From: an uncultured candidatus Brocadiaceae bacterium
GTDB taxonomy: Bacteria > Planctomycetota > UBA1135 > UBA2386
Assembly: GCA_964538915.1 (NCBI GenBank)
Contig: CAZIFB010000005.1
Location: 43,747 to 107,746 of the forward strand
Length of the DNA: 64,000 nt
Reading direction: 5' to 3'
Shown here: positions 1-8,697 of the stretch, piece after piece
Position numbering within the stretch: position 1 is the stretch's first letter
Layout of the letters: every line of letters begins with the position of its first letter
Made by a program: the position numbers and the translations under genes
The notes under the pieces: model-generated
Told to the model about the DNA's origin: nothing
Database searches by the model: none
Seen by the model: the letters and a program-made list of their open reading frames with translations, nothing else

Positions 1-7
1 ACGCGGG

Positions 8-2569
8 TCAGAACATGCCGGCAAGAATTTGCAGCGCGTTCGTCGCGACGACCGAGGTCCACGCGCCACCGGCGCCGACTTCGATCGGCACCATCTGGTG
101 GTAGAGCGTGAGGCCGACGAGCGGCGGCACGTTCGGCAGGAACAGGTCCGACTGCGCGGTGCCGGTCGTCGTCACGAGGGCGCCGAGGATGTCGGGCGCA
201 ACGAGTACATCGCAGCCGACGCCGGCTTGCGGGAACGCGAGGAGCAGCGGAGCCACGCCTTGTGGGACCGAAGTGAAGCTCGTCAGGGTGAGCACGATCG
301 AGGTGGTCGGCAGTCCGGTACCCACGGTGCGGAACATCGCGTCGACCCACGGCAGCGTGAGTGCGGACAGCGTGGCGCCCGCGCAACCGACTCCGTTCGG
401 CGCCACGGTCGCGGGGCAGGTCGTCGTGAGTCGGGCAAGCTTCGCGGAAGTCCCACCGCCAACCTGGAAGAAGTCGCCGCCGACCACCACGTCGCCATTG
501 CTCGCACGCGTGAGGCCACGGCCGTTCGCGTCGAGGCCGGCACCGAGCGCCGACCACGCGATGCCGTTCCACCGCGCGATGCGCGCCGCGGGCTGCCCTC
601 CCGCCGTCGTGAACGATCCGGTCGCGATCAGGTCACCGTTCGGAAGCGCGAGCAGCGACAACCCGGCGTTGTCGAGGCCGGTGCCGAGTGCCGACCACGC
701 GGCGCCGTTCCATCGCGCAACGCCGCTCGCGGGCACACCACCCGCGACCGTGAATGGTCCGCTCGCCACGAGATCGCCGTTCGACAGGACCGCGAGCGCA
801 CTGATGTCGCCGTTGGTGCCGCTGCCCAGCGGCGACCAGGCGATGCCGTCCCACATCGCGATGTTCTTCGCAGCGACGCCATCGGCGAACAGGAAGCGAC
901 CTGCTGCGACCACGTTGCCGTTCGGGAGCAGCGCGAGTGCGTTCACGGACCCGACCACGGGGATCGCGATGTTGTTCATCCGCATGCCGAGGCCGAATGC
1001 CGACCACGCGGCGCCGTTCCATCGCGCGATCGCGAGAGCCGAGACACCGCCGGCGGTCGTGAAGTCGCCGCCGATCACGAGATCGCCGCTCGGCAGCTCG
1101 AGCACCGACTTCACGCGGTTGTTCAGGGACACGCCGGTGCCGAAGCCGGTCCAAGTCGTACCGTTCCACCGCGCGATTCCGTTCACCTGCGCGCCGTTTG
1201 CGAACACGAAGTCGCCGCCCGCGACGAGATCGCCGTTCGACAGCACGCGCACTGCGAGCGCCGGGAACGGAAACGAGTTCGGCGTGAGCCCGTCGCCCAG
1301 TGTGTGCCACGACGTGCCGTCGAAGCGTGCGATGCGATTCGCGGCGATGCCGCCGATCGTCGTGAACTGGCCCGCCGCGACGAGATCACCGTTCGGCATC
1401 GTCGTCACCGCGTGGATTTCGCGATCGGCGCCACGACCGACACCGGCCCACGCACTGCCGTTCCACACGGCGACGCTCGCGGTGGGTACGCCGCCGGCAA
1501 CGGTGAAGAAGCCGCCCGCGACCACGTCGCCGCTCGGCAGACGCGTGATCGCGGCGACCTCGGCCGAAGTCAGATTGCCGGCGAAGCTCGTGCCGAGAGC
1601 GGACCAGGTCGCGCCGTTCCAGCGGGCGATGCACTGCGAGGCCACGCCGCCCGCGATGCCGAACCCGCCGCCGACGATCAGGTCGCCGTTCGGAAGCTCG
1701 GCGAGCGACTCGACGAGGTTGTTGAGGCCGGAGCCGAGCGCCGACCATGCCGACCCGTTCCAGCGAGCGATGCGCACCATCGGTGTGCCGATCGAGTCGG
1801 TCAGGAAGTCGCCGCCCGCGACGAGATCGCCGTTCGCGGCGACGAGCAGAGTGCGCACGGTGCTCGGGAAGCCGCCGCCGATCGAAGCCCAGGTCGAGCC
1901 GTTCCACCGCGCGACGCTCGTCTGCGTGCCCGCGCCGCCGCCCGCGATCAGGTCGCCGTTCGGCATCACTGCGAGTGCAGACACGCCGCCGTCGAAGCCG
2001 CTCCCGATCGGCGCCCAGCTCGCGCCGTTCCATCGTGCGATGAACGTGACGGCATTGCCGCCAGCGCTCGAGAAACCGCCGCCCGCGATCAGGTCGCCAT
2101 TCGGCATCACGGCGAGCGCCTTCACGGCGCCGTTGACGCCGGAGCCGAGCGGCGGCCAGGTCGACCCGTTCCAACGCGCGATCCGGGAAGCGGGAGCACC
2201 ACCCGCGTTCGTGAACGAACCCGCGGCCACCAACTCTCCCGTCGGCAGCACGGCGAGAGCGTTCACCGGTCCATCCGTTCCGACGCCGAGGCTCGTCCAG
2301 ACGCCGGCCACGGGTTCCCACAGCACGACGTTGTTCGCGATGGCGCCGCCGCCGATCGTGAAGGAACCGGCGAGAACGACGTGGAGCGGGCTCGGGCCGG
2401 CACCGTCGGGATCCCACGTCGTGGTCGCGCGCACCGTCCCGTTCACACCGGGATGGCCGTCGCCCGGCAACCAGGGGTTGGTGCACTGGGCCGTCGCGAA
2501 CGCGGCGGTTGCCGCGATCGCCGGGAGGAGCAGGGCGACGGAACGCAACGACGAGACGAGAGTGGGCAT
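8..2569 (-). CDS. Secreted beta-propeller-type repeat protein (about 13 tandem 47-50 aa ARWNG..LG..V.AL..LPNGDLVAGG.F repeats) plus a distinct C-terminal domain of about 130 aa
   Basis: Lies inside the 8..3694 minus ORF. The internal ATG at 2569-2567 gives MPTLVSSLRSVALLLPAIAATAAFATAQC, a signal peptide. The upstream part of the ORF is Arg-rich and antisense to pyrF. The repeat was read directly from the translation. Confidence 0.75.
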   Translation of the reverse strand: MPTLVSSLRSVALLLPAIAATAAFATAQCTNPWLPGDGHPGVNGTVRATTTWDPDGAGPSPLHVVLAGSFTIGGGAIANNVVLWEPVAGVWTSLGVGTDGPVNALAVLPTGELVAAGSFTNAGGAPASRIARWNGSTWPPLGSGVNGAVKALAVMPNGDLIAGGGFSSAGGNAVTFIARWNGASWAPIGSGFDGGVSALAVMPNGDLIAGGGAGTQTSVARWNGSTWASIGGGFPSTVRTLLVAANGDLVAGGDFLTDSIGTPMVRIARWNGSAWSALGSGLNNLVESLAELPNGDLIVGGGFGIAGGVASQCIARWNGATWSALGTSFAGNLTSAEVAAITRLPSGDVVAGGFFTVAGGVPTASVAVWNGSAWAGVGRGADREIHAVTTMPNGDLVAAGQFTTIGGIAANRIARFDGTSWHTLGDGLTPNSFPFPALAVRVLSNGDLVAGGDFVFANGAQVNGIARWNGTTWTGFGTGVSLNNRVKSVLELPSGDLVIGGDFTTAGGVSALAIARWNGAAWSAFGLGMRMNNIAIPVVGSVNALALLPNGNVVAAGRFLFADGVAAKNIAMWDGIAWSPLGSGTNGDISALAVLSNGDLVASGPFTVAGGVPASGVARWNGAAWSALGTGLDNAGLSLLALPNGDLIATGSFTTAGGQPAARIARWNGIAWSALGAGLDANGRGLTRASNGDVVVGGDFFQVGGGTSAKLARLTTTCPATVAPNGVGCAGATLSALTLPWVDAMFRTVGTGLPTTSIVLTLTSFTSVPQGVAPLLLAFPQAGVGCDVLVAPDILGALVTTTGTAQSDLFLPNVPPLVGLTLYHQMVPIEVGAGGAWTSVVATNALQILAGMF

Positions 2570-2752
2570 GGATGACACCGTACGCGATTCCTTCCCCCTC
2601 GATCCGGCCGCGAGCAACGACAGTGCCGTGGGTTTACCCGCCCGCGCCGCTGGCGCCGAGCCCCGCGCACCGACGGAGGACCGCCGACGGGCGGCGGCGG
2701 TTCGTCGGAACTGCTCGCACCGCCCTCGCGCGCAGCTACTCTTCCGCGCTCG

Positions 2753-3622
2753 ATGCGGAGCTTCGTCGCAGAGATCGCGGAACGTGTCCTCGGTGGCCAA
2801 GCCCCGATCGTGATCGGTCTCGACCCACGCCTCGACGCGCTGCCGCAGCGCATCCTGCCGAACGGCCCGCCGCCAGCGCGCATCGTCGAGTTCTACCGCG
2901 AGGCACTGCCGGCAATCGCGCGACACGCGCCGTGCGTGAAGCCGAACATCGCGTTCTTCGAGCAATTCGGCGCCGACGGCTACCGCGCCTACGAGGAGAC
3001 GTGCGCCCTCGCGCGGAAGAACGGGCTGCTGGTCATCGGCGACGTCAAGCGCGGCGACATCGGCAGCACGGCCGAAGCGTACGCCGACGGCCACTTCGGC
3101 CTCGCCGACGCGTTGACGCTGCATCCGTACCTCGGCGGCGACTCGATCGCGCCGTTCCTGAAGGCGTGCGATCCGGCGCACGGCGGCCGCGCGGTGTTCG
3201 TGCTGGTGCGCACGAGCAACCCTGGCGCCCGCGACTTCCAGGACCTGAAGGTCGGCGGCGAAGCGCTGTGCGACGTCGTCGCGCGCGCGGTGACGAAGTG
3301 GGGCAGCGACCTCCCGATGAGCGAGGGCTACTCGGCGGTCGGCGCCGTCGTCGGTGCGACGTGGCCGCAGGAACTCGCTCGACTCCGGGCACTCCTGCCG
3401 CACAGCTGGCTCCTTCTGCCGGGTGTCGGTGCGCAAGGCGGTGCGGTGAAGGACCTCGCTGCAGCGTTCGACCGGCGCGGCCTCGGCGCTCTCGTCAACC
3501 AGAGCCGCGGCGTGATGCAGTGTTTCCAGCCTTCGTCCGGCGACTGGCTCGACGCGATCGAGCGCGCTGCGAAGGTGTTCGCGGACGAATGCCGTGCAGT
3601 GACCGCGGGACGTTCGTCGTAG
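2753..3622 (+). CDS. pyrF: Orotidine 5'-phosphate decarboxylase, long (type 2) form
   Basis: 289 aa. Motifs seen: IVIGLDP, VKPNIAFFE, GDVKRGDIGSTA, LLPGVGAQGG, typical of type-2 OMP decarboxylase. Confidence 0.9.
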   Translation: MRSFVAEIAERVLGGQAPIVIGLDPRLDALPQRILPNGPPPARIVEFYREALPAIARHAPCVKPNIAFFEQFGADGYRAYEETCALARKNGLLVIGDVKRGDIGSTAEAYADGHFGLADALTLHPYLGGDSIAPFLKACDPAHGGRAVFVLVRTSNPGARDFQDLKVGGEALCDVVARAVTKWGSDLPMSEGYSAVGAVVGATWPQELARLRALLPHSWLLLPGVGAQGGAVKDLAAAFDRRGLGALVNQSRGVMQCFQPSSGDWLDAIERAAKVFADECRAVTAGRSS

Positions 3623-3633
3623 CAGAGGCCTTC

Positions 3634-5202
3634 GTGAGTTCGCCCACCGTGACTTCCACCCTTCGCCACATCTCGTTCCGCCGCGTCGGCACATCCGAAG
3701 TGCACCAGCGGTTCCTCGAGGACGACCGCGACCTCGGCGCGTTCCTCGGCATGCGGGCGCGCTCCGTGCAGGAACTCATGCGGCGAGCGCCGACGGGCGC
3801 CGGCCGTGTTCTGCCGCGCGAAGCACTGGTGAAAGCGCTGCGCGCCTACGCGCAGAAGCACGGTGCTCCGCCCGAGGTGCTCGCGAACGCCGAAGCGCTG
3901 CTCGACCCGAACGTGCACGTCGTCGTGACCGGCCAGCAACCCGGCCTCATGGGCGGACCGCTGTTCACGCTGCACAAGGTCGCGACCGCGATCCGTCTCT
4001 GCCGCGAGATCAACAAGGAGGGCGGTCCGCGCGTCGTGCCGCTCTACTGGAACCACAGCGACGACCACGACCTCGACGAAGCGAACCGCCTGTTCCTCGT
4101 GAACCAGGCTCAGGAGGTGCAGCGCTTCCGCCTCGAGGTCGATCGTTCGAACGAGCCGCTGCGCAGCATCGGCGTCGGTCGCGAGATCGACCGAGTGCTC
4201 GCGGAGGTCGACGCGCTGCTGCCACAGAGCGAATTCCGCGACTGGGCGATCGCGATGTGCAAGCCGCGGCATCCGGACGAAACGCTCGGCGACCAGCAGG
4301 CGCGCATCCTGTTCGAGACGTTCGGCAAGCACGGGCTGCTCGTGATCGAGCCGCGCGACCTGCCGACCGAGGCGTTCGACACGCTGCTGCGATGGTGGGG
4401 GCGGTCGAACGAGGTGCGCGAGAAGGTGAAGCAGACGTGCGACGACCTCGGCGACCTCGGCATCGACGTCACGCTCGATCCGGCGGCGACGATGATGTTC
4501 GACCTCGCGGGCGGGCGGCGCGAACCGATCGCCGACGGTGAGGTCGCGGGCCGCGCGCAGGACCTGAGTCCGGGTGTGCTGCTGCGACCGCTGTGGCAGG
4601 ACGCGTGCATCCCGACGGTCGCGTTCGTCGTGGGGCCGGGTGAACTCGCCTACCTGTGCGCAGTGGCGCCGCTGTACCGGCTCCTCGGAGTTCCGCAGCC
4701 GGTCTTCGTACCGCGTGCATCGCTGACGCTGGTCGAGCCGACGATGCAGCGCCTGCTGACGCGCTTCTCGCTCGACCTGCCCGATCTGGACCAGCCGCCG
4801 GAGAAGCTCGCCGAGAAGTATCTGAAGAGCGACGACGGCAGCGATCTCGAGGACGCACTCGACACGCTGCAGAGCCGTTTGAAGAGCGACCTCGACGCCA
4901 TCGGCCAGCGTCTCGGCAAGCTCGACTCGTCGATGCTGAGCGCGCTCGATCGTGCGCGCACGAAGTGCGTCGAGGAGATCGAGCGTCTGCAGCAGAAGAT
5001 CCGCAACGCTCGACAGAACCGGGAGGGCACGGGCATCAAGCAGCTGCGGCGTCTGTGCAGCACTTTGCGACCGCGCACGCGCTTCCAGGAACGTGTGCTC
5101 GGACCGTTGTCGTACCTCGCGGCCTACGGGCCGTCGCTCGCCGACGCGCTGATCGACGCCGCGGATCCGTTCCGCATCGAACACGGAGTGTTGGAGCTGT
5201 GA
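3634..5202 (+). CDS. bshC: Bacillithiol biosynthesis cysteine-adding enzyme BshC
   Basis: GTG at 3634, in frame with the 2509..5202 ORF. VVTGQQPGLMGGPLFTLHKVATAI near the N-terminus is the BshC/YllA signature. About 522 aa. Followed by a PIG-L deacetylase, with bshA nearby. Confidence 0.8.
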   Translation: MSSPTVTSTLRHISFRRVGTSEVHQRFLEDDRDLGAFLGMRARSVQELMRRAPTGAGRVLPREALVKALRAYAQKHGAPPEVLANAEALLDPNVHVVVTGQQPGLMGGPLFTLHKVATAIRLCREINKEGGPRVVPLYWNHSDDHDLDEANRLFLVNQAQEVQRFRLEVDRSNEPLRSIGVGREIDRVLAEVDALLPQSEFRDWAIAMCKPRHPDETLGDQQARILFETFGKHGLLVIEPRDLPTEAFDTLLRWWGRSNEVREKVKQTCDDLGDLGIDVTLDPAATMMFDLAGGRREPIADGEVAGRAQDLSPGVLLRPLWQDACIPTVAFVVGPGELAYLCAVAPLYRLLGVPQPVFVPRASLTLVEPTMQRLLTRFSLDLPDLDQPPEKLAEKYLKSDDGSDLEDALDTLQSRLKSDLDAIGQRLGKLDSSMLSALDRARTKCVEEIERLQQKIRNARQNREGTGIKQLRRLCSTLRPRTRFQERVLGPLSYLAAYGPSLADALIDAADPFRIEHGVLEL

Positions 5203-5918
5203 CGTCCCCGACGCGGCTCGATCCGTGCGACGTGCTCGCGTTCGGGCCGCACCCCGACGACGTGGAGATCGGCGCCGGTGGCACGCTGCTCCGCCTGATC
5301 GCCGCCGGCCGCTCCGCGTCGATCGTCGACCTGACGAACGGCGAAATGGGCTCGCGCGGCACCGCCGACGAACGGCGCGTCGAAGCCGCGGCCGCCGCGA
5401 AGGTGCTCGGCCTGCGCCAGCGCACGAACCTCGGCATCGCGGACACGAAGGTCACCGTCGACGACACGCAGACGGACCTGATCGTGGCCGCGATCCGCCA
5501 GGCGCGCCCGACGATCGTCTTCGCCCCGCACGAGCTCGACCTGCACCCCGATCACACGGCGGCGGCGCAGCTCGTCTCCCGCGCGTACTTCCTCGCCGGC
5601 CTGGCCAAACACGCTCCGCACCTCGGAGCACCGCATCGACCGCGGCTCGTGCTGCGGTTCCCGGGCAACCTGCCGGTCGAACCGAGCCTCGTCGTGGACA
5701 TCACCGCGGTCGCGAAGGCCAAGGACGACGTGGTGCGCTGTTATCGGTCACAACTCGCTCCGCCGGATCGGGGCCACCTGCTGCAGGGCATCGACGTATT
5801 CGAGAGGGCGCAGGTCCGCGACCGCTTCTTCGGGGCACGCATCGGGGTCTTCGCGGGCGAGCCCTTCTGGCACGAAGGGCCCCTGCCGGTGCGCGACGTC
5901 TCCCTGCTGATGGCGTGA
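5199..5918 (+). CDS. bshB: PIG-L/LmbE family deacetylase, probable GlcNAc-malate deacetylase BshB
   Basis: GTGA overlap with the bshC stop (5199-5202). FGPHPDDVEIGAGGT and HPDH motifs of the LmbE/PIG-L family. Context is bshC upstream and bshA downstream. Confidence 0.75.
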   Translation: MTSPTRLDPCDVLAFGPHPDDVEIGAGGTLLRLIAAGRSASIVDLTNGEMGSRGTADERRVEAAAAAKVLGLRQRTNLGIADTKVTVDDTQTDLIVAAIRQARPTIVFAPHELDLHPDHTAAAQLVSRAYFLAGLAKHAPHLGAPHRPRLVLRFPGNLPVEPSLVVDITAVAKAKDDVVRCYRSQLAPPDRGHLLQGIDVFERAQVRDRFFGARIGVFAGEPFWHEGPLPVRDVSLLMA

Positions 5919-5976
5919 GAAAACCCTCGCGCAGGGCCATGTGCGGCAGCACCATCCGTGGGGAGGTTCTGCACCC

Positions 5977-6861
5977 ATGAAGCGCATCGCGGTCATCAAT
6001 CAGAAAGGCGGCGTCGGCAAGACCACGACCACCGTCAACCTCGGTGCGGCGCTCGCGCACAAGGGCCATCGCGTGTTGCTGCTCGACATGGACCCGCAGG
6101 CGAACCTCACGGTGCACGTCGACAAGCGTCCGGATCTCGAGAGCAACACGCTCACGAGCCTCCTGGTCGAGGACACGCCGTTGAAGGACCTCGTGCAGCC
6201 GACCGGACAGCCGAACCTCTTCGTCGTGCCGAGCGACACGTCGCTCGCCGGTGTCGAGCAGGTGCTCGCGAACAGGATCGGTCGCGAGACGATCCTGCGC
6301 GAGGCGCTCGATGCGTTCCCCGACGCGCCGAACATCGACTACGTCCTGTTCGATTGCCCGCCGTCGCTGGGCGTACTGAGCGCGAACGCACTGGTCGCCG
6401 CCGACTTCGTCGTGATCCCGATGCAGGCCGAGTACCTGTCGCTGCAGGGCATGGCCAAGCTGCTCGAAGTGATCCAGCTCGTGCAGAAGCGTCTCAACCC
6501 GGCGGTGAAGATCGCCTGCGTGCTGCCTTGCATGGTGGACGCGCGCACCAATCTCAGCACCGAGGTCCTGCGCGAGATCGACGCCCACTTCGGTTCGATC
6601 CTCACGAAGACGCGCATCCGCAACAACGTGAAGCTCGCCGAGGCGCCGAGCTTCGGCCGCACGATCTTCGAGCACGCACCCGACAGCAACGGCGCGCGCG
6701 ACTACGAGGCGTTCTGCAACGAGTTCCTCGTCATGATCGGCGCAACGACTCCGGCGCCTGCCGCCGTGATCGACGCTCCTACGCCGCCCGAAACGGTCGA
6801 GCCGCCGCCGGCTTCGGCACCGGAAGCCCCGCGCGAAGGCGAACTCGAAGCCGGCGCCTGA
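5977..6861 (+). CDS. parA: ParA/Soj-type partition ATPase with a Pro/Ala-rich C-terminal tail
   Basis: ATG at 5977 preceded by GGGAGG at 5960-5965. MKRIAVINQKGGVGKTTTTVNLGAALA is a deviant Walker A. DMDPQANLT and FDCPPSLG also present. No ParB follows. Confidence 0.9.
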   Translation: MKRIAVINQKGGVGKTTTTVNLGAALAHKGHRVLLLDMDPQANLTVHVDKRPDLESNTLTSLLVEDTPLKDLVQPTGQPNLFVVPSDTSLAGVEQVLANRIGRETILREALDAFPDAPNIDYVLFDCPPSLGVLSANALVAADFVVIPMQAEYLSLQGMAKLLEVIQLVQKRLNPAVKIACVLPCMVDARTNLSTEVLREIDAHFGSILTKTRIRNNVKLAEAPSFGRTIFEHAPDSNGARDYEAFCNEFLVMIGATTPAPAAVIDAPTPPETVEPPPASAPEAPREGELEAGA

Positions 6862-6948
6862 GGCTCGGGGCAGCGCCCGTCTCGAAACGCGACCTCGACT
6901 CAGGGTCAACCCTCATGTCGCCTCGCGCGTCGGTCGATAGCCGTCGCG

Positions 6949-7551
6949 ATGCAAGGCAGCGAGCGGAACCTGGATCGGATCACGACGCTGCTCGGTCAAT
7001 GCCTCGGACGCATCGAGGCACACGCTGCCGACGTCCAGCACATCGACGACGGCGCCACGACGTTCCTCACGGCGGAGGAGATCGACAACGAGACCGCAGA
7101 GCTGCAGCAGCTCGTCGGGTCGCTCCTCGACAACGTCGTGCAGGCAGACGACGCCGATCTGAACCACATCGTCGACCAGGCGGTGCGTTCGTGCATCGCG
7201 GCGGTCGACGTGCCTCTCGTCGTGCGGCAGCGGCTCGCGCCGGACCTGCCGCGCGTCGCGTGCAATCCCGGCCAGCTCACGTTCGCCGTGCAGCGAGCGC
7301 TCGGCATCGGCATCGGACACCTCGAACCGGGCGGCGAACTCGTCGTCGTCACGCGTTGCGAGGGCGACACCATCGTGTTCGAGATGGAGAGCCTCGGTGA
7401 AGAGTCGGATCCGGACCTCGAAGCCCGCACCACGACGTTGCTCGAGTTCGTCTCGGACATGAAGGGCACGTGTCGGACCGATGCAGACGAGCGGGGCACG
7501 TTGCTGCTCGCGATCGAACTGCCCGCGGCCCTCGCGGCCGACGATCGCTGA
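6949..7551 (+). CDS. Acidic hypothetical protein resembling a degenerate histidine-kinase ATPase (HATPase_c-like) domain
   Basis: 200 aa. DLNHIVDQAV...LPRVACNPGQLTFAVQRAL...GGELVVVTRCEGDTIVFEMES follows the HK catalytic-domain layout. The N-box Asn and the G1/G2 glycine boxes are not conserved, and there is no H-box. Confidence 0.5.
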   Translation: MQGSERNLDRITTLLGQCLGRIEAHAADVQHIDDGATTFLTAEEIDNETAELQQLVGSLLDNVVQADDADLNHIVDQAVRSCIAAVDVPLVVRQRLAPDLPRVACNPGQLTFAVQRALGIGIGHLEPGGELVVVTRCEGDTIVFEMESLGEESDPDLEARTTTLLEFVSDMKGTCRTDADERGTLLLAIELPAALAADDR

Positions 7552-7593
7552 CACACCCCGAGCGCGCGCGGTGCGCGACACTAGGATGTGGCG

Positions 7594-8697
7594 ATGCGCA
7601 TCGGCATCGTTTGCTACCCGACCGTCGGCGGAAGTGGAGTGATCGCGACCGAGATGGCGCACGCGCTGGCGAAGCGAGGCCATCAGGTCCACCTCATCAG
7701 CTACGACCGCCCTGGCCGTCTGCGCCGCGGCACACCGGGACTGCAATTCCACCAGGTCGCAGTGTCGGCGTACCCGTTGTTCCGCTATCCGCCGTACGAC
7801 CTCGCGCTCGCGACGCGCATGCTCGAGGTCCGCGAAGAGGCGAAGGTCGATCTCTTCCACGTGCACTACGCGATCCCGCACGCGGTGAGCGCCTTCCTCG
7901 CACGCAGCATGTGCGGCGGCTGCCTGAAGTTCGTGACGACGCTGCACGGCACCGACATCACCGTCGTGGGCGCGGACCGGGCCTACCTGCGTCCGACGCG
8001 ATTCGCGCTCGAGCAGTCCGACGCGATCACAGCGGTGAGCCGCTACCTCGCCGACGAGACGCACCTCGTGTTCGGCGTGCGCAAGGAAGTCGAAGTGATC
8101 GCCAACTTCGTCGACACCGAACGCTTCAAGCCGGACGGATCGCCGCGCTGGCACCAGCGCGCCGACGGCGAACGGATCCTCGTGCATTCGTCGAACTTCC
8201 GCCCGGTGAAGCGCATCGCCGACGTCGTGCGGGCCTTCGCTCTCGTCGCGCAGGAGATCCCCGCACGGTTGCTGCTGGTCGGTGACGGACCGGATCGCGA
8301 ACACGCGCTCGCCGTCGCCGCGGACCTCGGATGCAGCGGCCGCGTGGAGCACCTCGGGGTCAGCGACCATATCGAGGACGTTCTGCCCAAAGCGGATCTC
8401 TTCCTGTCCGCTTCGGAGACCGAGAGTTTCGGACTCTCGATGCTCGAAGCGATGAGTTGTGGCGTTCCATGCGTGAGCACCGCGGTCGGCGGTGTCGCGG
8501 AGGTGCTCGGCGACACGGGGCTGCTCGCTCCGTTCGGTGACCCGCACGCACTCGCTCGCGCCGCGCTGCAGGTTCTCACCGACGGCAGCAAGCACACGGC
8601 TCTCGCCGCAGCAGCGAGGCGCCGGGCGGTGGAGCACTTCGCGACCGACGCCATCGTCGCGCGCTACGTCGATCTCTACGAGCGTGTGCTGAGGTGA
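7594..8697 (+). CDS. bshA: N-acetyl-alpha-D-glucosaminyl L-malate synthase (GT4 glycosyltransferase) BshA
   Basis: MRIGIVCYPTVGGSGVIATEMAHALAKRGHQVHLIS and YPLFRYPPYDLALATRM match the BshA N-terminus closely. ATG at 7594 with AGGA 7 nt upstream. The track start 7588 (GTG) is an alternative. Confidence 0.85.
   Translation: MRIGIVCYPTVGGSGVIATEMAHALAKRGHQVHLISYDRPGRLRRGTPGLQFHQVAVSAYPLFRYPPYDLALATRMLEVREEAKVDLFHVHYAIPHAVSAFLARSMCGGCLKFVTTLHGTDITVVGADRAYLRPTRFALEQSDAITAVSRYLADETHLVFGVRKEVEVIANFVDTERFKPDGSPRWHQRADGERILVHSSNFRPVKRIADVVRAFALVAQEIPARLLLVGDGPDREHALAVAADLGCSGRVEHLGVSDHIEDVLPKADLFLSASETESFGLSMLEAMSCGVPCVSTAVGGVAEVLGDTGLLAPFGDPHALARAALQVLTDGSKHTALAAAARRRAVEHFATDAIVARYVDLYERVLR

Noticed and set aside
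2570-3694. The 5' 375 codons of the 1228 aa minus-strand ORF (8..3694).
   Set aside because: The translation is Arg/Ala-rich and low-complexity, and it is antisense to the well-supported pyrF gene. A signal peptide begins at the internal ATG 2569, so the extension is a GC-driven artefact.
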